Assembly: GCA_965197645.1 (NCBI GenBank)
Contig: OZ240219.1
Location: forward strand, 1,856,001 to 1,920,000
DNA from: Dehalococcoidia bacterium
GTDB taxonomy: Bacteria; Chloroflexota; Dehalococcoidia; Plut-88900
Reading direction: 5' to 3'
Length of the DNA: 64,000 bases
The number at the start of each line of letters is the position of its first letter. Within the stretch, counting starts at the first letter, position 1. Below, one piece after another: positions 49,668-59,023 of the stretch. The translations under genes and the position numbers were made by a program. The notes beneath the pieces were generated by a model. It ran no database searches. It was given only the letters and a program-made list of their open reading frames with translations, and was not told the DNA's origin.

Positions 49668-50393
49668 TCATTGCAGTCGGCGCGCGTGTTCAGTAATTAC
49701 AGCAATCTCATCCTCTGAGACACTCCGCAGCCCCCTACCACGGGAAGGATCTGACAGGAGGCTGTGAATTTCATCCCTGTTGGGAAAGTCTCCACTAAGC
49801 TCAGAATATCCGTTGGCCAGCAGGACATCGTCGATAGCGCCAACTGCCGTCATAGCTATTGAGTAAGTGTCGTCAGTGGTTTCGGCCATCCGGTCTCCAA
49901 CCGTTTGCCCGGCGCAGAGAGCTTCGGCTGCCACTTGAAGAGATGCTCCTGTGTCGCTGGCCACGTTGGCAATTTGCCCAGCTAGGAAACGAACAGCATG
50001 ATAATCCTTCTGTGCGTTTTCTAATGCAGCGTGCTGTTCCTCCGTCAAGAGTGAGTTTAACTCTGAGACGATGCTCAGCATGTGAGATTGGTCGCCATCG
50101 TATTCCGCTAGAAGGGCCGCGGTGATAATCTGAGAGTGCGTCTTTACGAGAGTTGGATCTATGCTGGGGTAATGTCCTAGCATATCTCTGTAAAGCGCTT
50201 TGGACAACCGAGCATGCTGTTTGTGCGTGATGGGCTGTCCTCGGCCGTGTCCTAGCATCACCTGTTTGGCTGTCTTGTTGAAGTTCTCGAGGTCATCGGG
50301 CAGTATCGCGGTACTGCTATAGCTATCCCGATATCGCTGGGTGGTGGAGGCCATATTTAACGCCCTCTGATACAAGAGTGGTAACTGAATCAT
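49668..50393 (-). CDS. Hypothetical protein
   Basis: 241-aa ORF with RBS GGAGG; no motif recognised. Confidence 0.6.
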   Translation of the reverse strand: MIQLPLLYQRALNMASTTQRYRDSYSSTAILPDDLENFNKTAKQVMLGHGRGQPITHKQHARLSKALYRDMLGHYPSIDPTLVKTHSQIITAALLAEYDGDQSHMLSIVSELNSLLTEEQHAALENAQKDYHAVRFLAGQIANVASDTGASLQVAAEALCAGQTVGDRMAETTDDTYSIAMTAVGAIDDVLLANGYSELSGDFPNRDEIHSLLSDPSRGRGLRSVSEDEIAVITEHARRLQ

Positions 50394-50688
50394 GATGGGT
50401 CCTCCTTCCTCCTAGCGATTCGTACAATTGACGTCATGGAAAACCCCCTTCTGAGGCAGTGCGTAGCCTTGGCACGGCAATGAGGAAGGTTTCCGAATCC
50501 GATTGTCGGCCACGGTGTCTTGATTCGGATCAAATATGCCCTATCGCTCATTTGGCCTCAGTTAGCACCGTGTGATACTAGTCGGTAGGGTGTCCCGGTT
50601 GTTGGGACCACCTACGTACCCCGATGTTGTGGCGTTGATAGATGTTAGTATAGATGCTACAATTCTGACATTCAAGGGAGTCGTGCCG

Positions 50689-51286
50689 ATGCCGAGTTCG
50701 CCGGAACAAATCATGACCTACGCCACCACTCAGCCCGAAGGCGCGCTGCTGCATCCGAAAGTGCTGCTGCACTTGGGGAGCAGAGCAGCCATAGACCAGG
50801 CGTTGTCCCGACTCTCCAAGAAAGGAAGATTGATACGAGTCTGCCACGGCACCTATGTATGCCCCGTGGAGACCTGCTTCGGTCCTCGCCCGCCTGCCGT
50901 GGAGAAGGTGATCGCCTCGCTGTCGGCTCTATGGGGCGAGACGATAGTGACCTGTGGCGGCACTGCGGCGAACGCCCTTGGGCTCACTACCCAAGTTCCG
51001 GTCAAGTCAGTTTACCTCACATCCGGACCCAATCGCGAGCTGACGCTTGGCGAGTTGACAGTGGAGCTGCGCCATGCCCCCCCGTTGGCAGCTGGCGGCC
51101 CCGCACCGACCTGCAGGCGAGGCGGTTCGCGCATTGTCCTGGCTGGGGCCTGATGAAGTGGAGTCGGGTTTGGACGTAATTTGGCGCAGGCTCTCCGCCG
51201 AAGACCTTGAGGAGTTGGCGGCTTTGCGGGCAATCATGCCAACTTGGATCGCCGAACCCGCAAGTGCATTGGTTGCCAATGGCTGA
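50689..51286 (+). pseudogene. DUF6088/AbiEi-like antitoxin, frameshifted in a C7 tract
   Basis: GSRAAIDQALSRL..G.LIRV..G.Y, AANALGLTTQVP...VYLTSG; continues in another frame (RWQL...RALSWLG...PTWIA) after 51077-51083. Confidence 0.8.
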
Positions 51287-51327
51287 AGCATACCTTTCGA
51301 TCAATACAGATAGGGAGGACATCGCGG

Positions 51328-52788
51328 TTGACCATCGACGCCGCCATTCGTGAAGGCCAGGTACTCACCGGGCCGTTGTTCAATGAGCCTATGCGTGTGG
51401 AGACCGTGCGTCCAAACGGTCCTGATTCCGTGGAGGCAGGACTGGTCGGGCAGCGGACCGAGCGGTTTCGGCGGGTTACGTTGACTTCAATAGACCTCGC
51501 GGACTTGACCATCGCCGATGCCACTTGGCCTTATGACGGCGACGGAAGTCTGTTGAAGCTCGGTCTTCAAGCCTATTCCCTCGGCATCGCCCACGAGTTC
51601 GACCCCTACTTCGGCCTATCCATCTCGCGAGTGGACCCGTTACCCCACCAGCTTGAAGCGGTCTACGAATACTTCATGAAGCTCCCCAGCGTGAGGTTTC
51701 TGCTGGCAGACGACGCTGGAGCCGGCAAGACTATTATGGCTGGGTTACTCGTCCGCGAGCTCAAGCTCCGGGGTCTTGCCGAGAGGATACTCGTAGTGTG
51801 CCCGGCGAACCTGGCCTTTCAGTGGCAACGGGAGTTGAAGGAGAAGTTCGATCAACAGTTCCTGGTGTTGAAAGGCGGCGACATCCGCGACCAGTTCGGC
51901 GTCAACCAGTGGCTGAGCCAGAAGCAGGTCATCACGTCCCTAGACCTCGCCAAGCGCGAGGACATCTTGCCGGGATTGAGGCAGGTTCGCTGGGATCTCG
52001 TGATCGTAGATGAGGCGCACCGCATGTCGGCGAGCGACGAGACGCACAAGAGCCAACGTTACAGGCTCGGCGAGCTTCTGAGGGACAGCGCGGACAACTT
52101 GCTGTTGTTGACCGCAACCCCCCATAAGGGTGACCCGCACAACTTCACGCTCTTCCTACAACTCCTCGACCGGGACGCCTACGCCGACGTGAAGTCCATC
52201 CGCGAGGCGATGGAACGGCGACGGGCACCCTTCTATCTACGAAGGACCAAAGAGGCGATGGTCTACTTCCCGGAGCGGCAGCCCGACGGGGCTTGGGCAG
52301 CGCAACCGGTCTTCACCAAGCGGATCACCCGTACGGCCGACTTCGCCATCGATGGAGACGAGTTCAAGCTATACGAGGAGGTCACCAGGTTCGTAAAGAG
52401 GCAGAGCGCACGCGCCGCTGCGCAGGGCGACGACCGGCGCGCCCGCGCGGTCGGGTTCCTCATGTCACTGTACCAGCGGCGGCTCGCCTCCAGCGCCTAC
52501 GCAATGCGCCGGTCGCTGGAGAACCGGGCAAGGCGGCTGGACGAGGGCCTGAAGCAGGCCCAGGACGTGGCGCGGTCGGCACCGCCCGACCTCCCTGATT
52601 TGGAGGATTTGGAGGAGCTGGAAGACGCCGAGCGCGAGCGTCTTGAGCGAATGCTGGAAGCGGTCACGCTGGCCGGCAATGCCGAGGAGATGCTGCCGGC
52701 TCCACCCGGACTGGCGCTCATTCGAACACCGCGATACGCCAATCGCAAGTGTTACAGACCTACCGCCAACCCGCTAAAAGTGAATTAG
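51328..52788 (+). pseudogene. SNF2-family helicase, C-terminal helicase domain missing
   Basis: PLPHQLEAV, LLADDAGAGKT, DEAH, LTATPH, RRLASS; recognisable similarity ends near 52690. Confidence 0.8.
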
Positions 52789-53164
52789 TTGGAACGGATG
52801 GTCAAGGAGCGGCCCCTGTAAACCGGCGTTGTCGATGCGGTCAAATGGGGCGGTAGACACCTCAACGACGAAGACCCTTCTGCGGGAACTGGGCATCGAC
52901 AATCACGGGCAAGCGCGGGCTACGACTAAAGGAGAGAGTGTTGTCACCATCGTGGTCTGAAAGAGGACCAAGCCCTCCTGCTAGGGATCAACACGCTAGA
53001 AGGGCCTGGTGTTGGCGGTGGCCCCGGAAACTCATCGGGCTGATTCCCACCCAACATGATCTTGTACTAAAACTCTGCGGCACTTGCCCCGCATCCTCGC
53101 CCCGCACCGAATCGCGTTAGACGTTCGGAGCATCCACCTGTCTCCGCATAATGTCCATTTCTTG

Positions 53165-54133
53165 CTAGACCACCACAATACGAAACTGATGGATCTGAGT
53201 GCCAAAGCTCAGTAAGTCCACCTCCTTCTGTTCTCGCGTGCCAGTATGCAGGATGATCATGTCCACATCGGTGGACTCTCTAACTTTAGGGCGCTCGAAT
53301 ATCCTCAGCCCTCTTCCAATCCGGAATACACTTCCGTCGAAGCGAATGTGCCTGTCGTGAGCGTACTTTCTGAAGTCCGCCTCTTGAAAGAGGAGGACCT
53401 GGACCAATTTGATGCCATTGCCGTTCAGCCTGGCCACCTGCGACCTTATTTTACCCTCGGTGACTTTTGCTCCTTTGGAAGAGGGATCAATGGACGAGTA
53501 AATGGTCACACGACATCTCTTCGCGTCTCGGTCAAGAAAGTTGAATAGGCGAAACAACCCACTTATATTGTTATCCCGTGTGGCGTATTGATCTACAATT
53601 ATGGCTTCCCTTGAAAACTTTGCTATTCTTTGAAATCGCTCCGTCCAGACGTCTCCTATTGCCTCACCAACGCTAATCGCTGTAGTGCTGAGCATTTCTG
53701 AGTTCGAGAATCTCGCGGATACGTCTATATCCCATAACCTGATACCTTCAACTTGCCCAAAATATCTACTCTCGCCGTTGGGTATGTCCAAATCAAAGGC
53801 TCGAGTGTCTTCCAATATAGCGACTTCAAACTCGCTTTCGAATACTGCCAAGGAATCAGAACTGTCTACTTGGTCCCAGTCAAATGAGATGCCATCATTT
53901 GGAATCCATCGGTACGAATTTCCGTTGTTCTTGATCGCCTTCTCCCATGCCATTGTCCAGTGTTTCCTTGGGGCTGGAGCAAGCGCCGCGATCGCCTTTG
54001 CCAAGGCAGGATCGCCTCGTCGAGGGTACACTAGCATTCCAAAGCGTTGCCACCTGTCCAAGAGCCTAATTATGTGTGCGGGGCTCGCAGAGTCATTCAC
54101 CGCTTCGTCTTGAATTGCGAACTGCACCAACAA
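53165..54133 (-). CDS. Uncharacterised protein with PLD/MIT_C-like C-terminus
   Basis: IIVDQY...HDRHIRF...IGRGL.IF; downstream of ATPase, same lower GC. Confidence 0.6.
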   Translation of the reverse strand: MLVQFAIQDEAVNDSASPAHIIRLLDRWQRFGMLVYPRRGDPALAKAIAALAPAPRKHWTMAWEKAIKNNGNSYRWIPNDGISFDWDQVDSSDSLAVFESEFEVAILEDTRAFDLDIPNGESRYFGQVEGIRLWDIDVSARFSNSEMLSTTAISVGEAIGDVWTERFQRIAKFSREAIIVDQYATRDNNISGLFRLFNFLDRDAKRCRVTIYSSIDPSSKGAKVTEGKIRSQVARLNGNGIKLVQVLLFQEADFRKYAHDRHIRFDGSVFRIGRGLRIFERPKVRESTDVDMIILHTGTREQKEVDLLSFGTQIHQFRIVVV

Positions 54134-54145
54134 ATGCTCTTCTCC

Positions 54146-55693
54146 CTACGCCATGAGTTCGCCAAAGCCATCCTCGAAAAAGCCATCCGGCCATTCGTCA
54201 ACAAAGTCCCCCTTATCATTGAGACGAAGTCGATATATCGCGCTTCCCTCTGTTTCAGGTGCATTCGGATCCACATAAAGTATCGACACGTCAGAGGGAT
54301 CCAGTGTACCTTCACGGATTCGGCGTTGAAGTCGCAAAATTAGCAATTCGCTGTGGGTCTCAACAATCCACTGCTTTTGGCCCCGACCGGCGATATTCGC
54401 AATCATGAGGTCAGCTAAATGTGCCTGAAGCCTTGGATGGAGGTGAATCTCAGGTTGTTCGACGCAAAGAACGCGGTCTTCACGCCCAGTAAAGAAATCA
54501 ACACCCTCTACAATCACGGGCAAAATCTGATTTATGCCAAATCCGACGTCGGCGAGACTAACAGGCGTTTTCGAGGAGCGGTCGATCAGAACCAGAGCTA
54601 TATGCTCACCTGACACAGCTATATCGCCAAATCTTCTAACGTCCAGTTCATAGGGTATTTGGAATCGCTCGAACCAATCATTCACAATATGGATGAGTCC
54701 AGGCTGATAGTACAACCTGTGATGGGTAAATTCTCCTCTCAACCCTGAAAAGTAGCTATCCACGCCTGGAACCTTGTAGAGTCTTTCTGGATAACTTCTG
54801 AGCGGCCCTAAGTATCTGACCTCGCTGAGTTGGTCTTTGAATGATATCGGCATACCCTTTAAGGCAAGCATCTGCTCCAAATGCAGCGTGCTTTCCAATG
54901 CCTTTAGGAGTTCTGGGTCGGGCTGACGGTTGAGGGCCTCCATTGTCGCTTGCGTTCTAGACAAATCCCTGTCAAGAGGCGGAAGTCTTTCTAGTTCCTC
55001 CTCAGACATGCTAACTAACTCTCTGTAGCGCTGTTGTTGTCGGTCCTGCTCCAACTGCCTGAGTCTTGCGCGCTCTCGAACGAGGCCACGTTCTCGTTCG
55101 GGCAACTGGGCCTCGTTTTGCTCTATCAGACGCTCTAATTCCAACAGCTTCAACTCTGGCAAGAAGCGTAGTTCCAACCCAAAGTCAAGAACCTTGTAGA
55201 TGCCAAACGTGTCCGCGACGGAGACATGAGCGTCCCACCAACTGCCACCAGAGCTGTCCAATCTCGCTTCTGCAAGTAGTGTACCTTCACTGCCGATCTG
55301 ATACGTCACTTCAGACAGAGCTGCGGAATCTTCCAGATACTCTTCTCCTTTGGCATCTATGTCTGTCACGCCATGAAATGACATGTTGGCACTAAGGTAG
55401 GAATCATCGTGCCCATAGGTCATCCTGATGCCAAGTCGCCTCTCTTGGTTGTGGTTGTGGAGCAGAGCGACGTGACTGCCGAGGTCAACGTATTCTCCTC
55501 TCGTGACCAGACCCCAAATCGTGGCAGCGGCTCCGGCTTCCAATGCTGACTGCTTGAGCATCAGAATCGCTTGGATGATTGAACTTTTGCCGCCAGAGTT
55601 GGGACCGTATATGAGGGTTATTTTGGATAGTGGTGCTCTCTGTTCCATGTCACCAAATGCCTTAAAGTTTCTCAACCCAAGTTCAAATAGCAT
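54146..55693 (-). CDS. ABC-type (AAA_21) ATPase with DUF3696 C-terminus
   Basis: NFKAF, YGPNSGGKSS, YLGPLR, DVGFGINQILP, EQPEIHLHP, ETHSE, WPDGFFE. Confidence 0.9.
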   Translation of the reverse strand: MLFELGLRNFKAFGDMEQRAPLSKITLIYGPNSGGKSSIIQAILMLKQSALEAGAAATIWGLVTRGEYVDLGSHVALLHNHNQERRLGIRMTYGHDDSYLSANMSFHGVTDIDAKGEEYLEDSAALSEVTYQIGSEGTLLAEARLDSSGGSWWDAHVSVADTFGIYKVLDFGLELRFLPELKLLELERLIEQNEAQLPERERGLVRERARLRQLEQDRQQQRYRELVSMSEEELERLPPLDRDLSRTQATMEALNRQPDPELLKALESTLHLEQMLALKGMPISFKDQLSEVRYLGPLRSYPERLYKVPGVDSYFSGLRGEFTHHRLYYQPGLIHIVNDWFERFQIPYELDVRRFGDIAVSGEHIALVLIDRSSKTPVSLADVGFGINQILPVIVEGVDFFTGREDRVLCVEQPEIHLHPRLQAHLADLMIANIAGRGQKQWIVETHSELLILRLQRRIREGTLDPSDVSILYVDPNAPETEGSAIYRLRLNDKGDFVDEWPDGFFEDGFGELMA

Positions 55694-55894
55694 GGTTTGA
55701 CCCTCACACCGGTATCAGGACTGACTCATTCCCCAGCGTTTCGACTAAAGCTACCACCTAGGTTGGAACTCCTGCAAGTAGAGGTCTGGCGACCGCCCTG
55801 TCTACTACGTTCATTCCGGCGAGCATCCGACATCGTTGCGCTGAATGTTCAATTCCTGTGTGGGGCCAATGATAAATGAGCAGATCACGAACCC

Positions 55895-56731
55895 TCAAAC
55901 TCCACAGTGTCCCTCGCACTCGTTGCCGAACCCGTCGGCCTGTCCGTCTGCTTCCAACTAGCTCTCGTCATATACGACCGCTTCGTCCAGGGGCCTCCGC
56001 AGCATGTGCAGATAGGGAGTCTTCTGCAGGGCCAGTCCGCCCCGCAACCTGGCGTCGATCTCGACGGCCTCGGCAAAGAGCTCGGGCCACCTGCGCTTGG
56101 TCTCCACCCACCTTGCGCGTGACTGGAAGGGGCAGGCGGCGCAGGCCGAGCGTTCAAGGGGCCTGTCGTACCGGGCCGTCCACCAGTCGGCGAAGTCCCT
56201 CCGGGACATGCCCGCGTCGATGAGCGGGTAGCGGTTCGTTATCCACCGGTCGCGCTAGGTCTTCATGCGGATGGCCTCGTCGGTGGATATGCTCAACCAT
56301 ATCTCGACAGTGGTTCCGGCGGGGACGCGCTGCTTCGGTTTCAGTCCCAGCATATCCCGTATCCTGCGGCGTATGGGCTTGACCTTGTAGTTCTCGGTGC
56401 ACTGCCGCTTGCCGATACCATCTGCCTCGCCATCGCCTCCCTTCAGATAGACTGGGATGTCCACGTAGTTGCGGTGACCCGAGTGGCTGGTGAGGGTCTT
56501 CACGTCCTCGCGGAGGCTGCGCCCGTTGTCCACGACGTACAGGGGGAATCCCAGCCGGTCCCCGAGCCACTCGACGTGCTCGTAGACGCTGGGCGGCTCC
56601 CAATGGGTATCGGCGAAGATGGCGCAGTCCGGCACCCGGCCGAACGCGCCCTCTCGGGCCATGAGGGCCATGACGGAGGACTGGACGCCTCCGCCCAGGC
56701 TGAGCACGGTGAGGGTGGGAGGTGCGTTCAT
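55895..56731 (-). pseudogene. PP-loop (PAPS reductase/adenine nucleotide alpha-hydrolase-like) protein with two in-frame TAG codons
   Basis: SLGGGVQS, FADT..E, RQCT..YK..P, YPL, SAC..CPF, terminal FGNECEGHCGV*; TAG at 56255-56257 and 55958-55960, frame otherwise intact. Confidence 0.8.
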
Positions 56732-56937
56732 TGGGGCTCCTCCCCGCCGCCGTCCTCGGCAGCCTCAGGCAGGGACCCTGCCTCCTTCTTCCGCATGTAG
56801 GAGCGGATGGCCACCCGCGCCCAGATGCGCACGCCCCTGCGGACCAGCCTCCGCTGCTCCGGGGTTAGGGACGCGGGCGGCCAGGCCGGCGAGTCCTCGG
56901 GCCTGTCCTCCTCGTTCTGTCTGCTGGTATCTTTCAT
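56728..56937 (-). CDS. Small hypothetical mobile-element protein
   Basis: 69-aa ORF coupled (ATGA overlap) to the PP-loop gene. Confidence 0.55.
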   Translation of the reverse strand: MKDTSRQNEEDRPEDSPAWPPASLTPEQRRLVRRGVRIWARVAIRSYMRKKEAGSLPEAAEDGGGEEPQ

Positions 56938-57007
56938 GGTGCATAGTCGCAGCGGCGGTAGTTGGGCCGCTGGCCTCTCATTGGCGGTGTGCGGCGGGGC
57001 CGTTGGT

Positions 57008-57337
57008 CTAGCTGTCCTCCTTGAAGAAGCTCATCTGGAAGCTCTCGGTAACGAGGATCGCCATCCCTCCGGGTATCCGGGCTGCGAAGCGGAAGATGGC
57101 GTGCATGGCCCAGCCGGAGGGCTGGACGCCGTTGCGCCACCTGTGGACCAGCTTGGGGTCCACGCCGATGGCCCTGGCGAATGCAGCCCACGTGAGGCCG
57201 CTGACCTCGTGCAGCCGTTCGAGGCGCTTGGGGAAGTCCTCCGCCAGCGCGACGGCCTGGAGCACCAGGTCCTGTTCCTCGTCGTCGAACTGTTCCATGG
57301 TCCCGTCGAGACGGGACGAATCGGTTTGGCTAGTCAT
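57008..57337 (-). CDS. XRE-type HTH protein, paralogue of 46637-46972
   Basis: EDFPKRLERL..VSGLTWAAFARAIGVD...V.RWRNGVQPSG. Confidence 0.75.
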   Translation of the reverse strand: MTSQTDSSRLDGTMEQFDDEEQDLVLQAVALAEDFPKRLERLHEVSGLTWAAFARAIGVDPKLVHRWRNGVQPSGWAMHAIFRFAARIPGGMAILVTESFQMSFFKEDS

Positions 57338-57604
57338 CTCTATCCTCCATCGTGAAGAGTTGGTCGAAGTCGTCGAAGTCCAGGGCTCTGAGCATCCGGC
57401 GGCGGATGCGCCCGGAGGGCGTGCGCCCCGCGTTGACCAGCATCGAGATGTAGCCGGGGCTGACCCCGACCTCCCTGCGAGCCAGTTCTGGGAGCGGTTC
57501 AGCAGTGTGAGCCGCTCCCAGAGGGCCGCCGTGTCGAGCCGGACAACGGTCCGTCCTCCACGCCTCCGGGGGCCTTTCTTCCTGTCTTGGTCTTGTGAAC
57601 GCAT
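57330..57604 (-). pseudogene. Cro-like HTH (1-bp deletion), paralogue of 46959-47225
   Basis: ALWERLTLLNRSQNWLA / EVGVSPGYISMLVNAGRTPSGRIRRRM in the next frame. Confidence 0.7.
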
Positions 57605-57670
57605 GGCTTCACGTCTCCTCTGGGGAAGAGAGCGCGAGCCGTCGCGCCGCTTCCCCGTGTCAGTGGTCGG

Positions 57671-59023
57671 TCATTGAGGGGGCATGGCCTGGGGCGACTG
57701 CCAGTCGCCCGGGGAGCGCCATGCGCGTCCCAGCGGCCCCAGCTGCTCGATGGCGGCCTTGTGGGAGACCCACAGGGGCACCGTCAGCCCTCTGGCCTGC
57801 ATCTCCTCCCGCGCCAGGCGCAGGAAGTGGGTCTGGACGATCTCGTCGTCGAAGACGATGAGGACGGAGGGCCGCGTGCCGTGGTCGTCGGTGGGCCGGT
57901 GGGAGGATAAGTAGCGCAGATAGGGGGCGAGGCGCTCGGACATGGTCGAGGGCCGCACGGCCCTTCGCTCCCACTCCAGCAGGAACGGCCATGCGGTTTC
58001 GCCCTGTCTGAGGACGCCGAAGGCGTCGGGGTTGACCGAGCGCATCCCGTCGCCGTGCCTGAAGTGTCGAGAGGCCCTGCGGGGCGGGTCGACCTGGGAG
58101 ACCTCCCACTCCAGGAGGCCCGCCTGCACGGTCATGGCCGCCAGAAAGGAGTGGACGGCGGCGGTGTGCTCGACGTTCCTGAGCAACTGGCGGCTCCTCG
58201 CGCCGGCCACGTTGTCCCAGACGAACGGCGTGCCGGGGAACAGGGGAGCGGCGCTCCAGCGCCTCCTCGCCACGGTCACCGAGGTGCGGTCCCTGCGGGC
58301 CAGGAGCGACAGGGCCCGGTTGGTGAGGGTCATGCGCCCGCTCCCGGCGATGGGCCGGGCGACGAGGCGGAACCCTTCCAGGGGCGTCACCAGCTGGGAC
58401 GCTCTGGGCGGGGACACACCCATGAGTCCGGCCAGGTCCGTCAGGGCGATCCAGGGCCAGTCGGAGATGAGGTAGAGGGCCCGCTTCTCGGCGGGCTTGA
58501 GGGTGGCGGGGAGCAGATAGTCGGAGATCCTCCATCCCGGACCCTCGACGGAGAGGTCGGCGGTGACCGAGGCCATCTGGAGCTCGTCCTCCTCGGGAAG
58601 GGGGATTCCCTCCTCTATCCGGTCGAGGACCGAGCGCAGCTCGACGGAGGCGCTGACGGCGGACGGACTCCACGCCGGGTCGTCCGGCGACGCCGCAACG
58701 GCCGCGCGCTCGACGGCGAGGTAGATGGGCACGGGTGCGCCGGTCAGCGTCCTGCGGACGTGCCGGAGCCGGATGGGGTCGGCCGTCAGCACGAGCACCG
58801 CTCCGGGGAGCTCCCCCTGTCGCAGCCTCCACATCCGGTTGGAGAAGGAGGACCTGTCGGCGGTGAGCCCCTGCCTGACGATGCCGACGGTGCGGCCGCC
58901 GGGGAGCTCGACGGCGGCGTCCAGGGGCGATGCCCTGTACCAGCGGAAGCCTATCGGGTATGCGACGGCGGAGACGGAGACGGCCAGCCGGTAGATGGAT
59001 GCAAGGGAGTCGAGCCGTCCCAT
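57671..59023 (-). CDS. Replication-relaxation (Replic_Relax-like) protein, probably 5'-truncated
   Basis: H..AV..F, PDAFGVL...FLLEWER, RL..Y..Y; frame extends upstream (SAQWRRNL) into the FN3 gene end. Confidence 0.7.
   Translation of the reverse strand: MGRLDSLASIYRLAVSVSAVAYPIGFRWYRASPLDAAVELPGGRTVGIVRQGLTADRSSFSNRMWRLRQGELPGAVLVLTADPIRLRHVRRTLTGAPVPIYLAVERAAVAASPDDPAWSPSAVSASVELRSVLDRIEEGIPLPEEDELQMASVTADLSVEGPGWRISDYLLPATLKPAEKRALYLISDWPWIALTDLAGLMGVSPPRASQLVTPLEGFRLVARPIAGSGRMTLTNRALSLLARRDRTSVTVARRRWSAAPLFPGTPFVWDNVAGARSRQLLRNVEHTAAVHSFLAAMTVQAGLLEWEVSQVDPPRRASRHFRHGDGMRSVNPDAFGVLRQGETAWPFLLEWERRAVRPSTMSERLAPYLRYLSSHRPTDDHGTRPSVLIVFDDEIVQTHFLRLAREEMQARGLTVPLWVSHKAAIEQLGPLGRAWRSPGDWQSPQAMPPQ

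Noticed and set aside
53124-53148. TTCGGAGCATCCACCTGTCTCCGCA as distal att of the right island
   Set aside because: Needs several gaps to align, and element-type genes continue beyond it.
57008-57604. 198-aa double-HTH fusion protein
   Set aside because: Produced by a 1-bp deletion; the paralogous locus at 46637-47225 has two separate genes.
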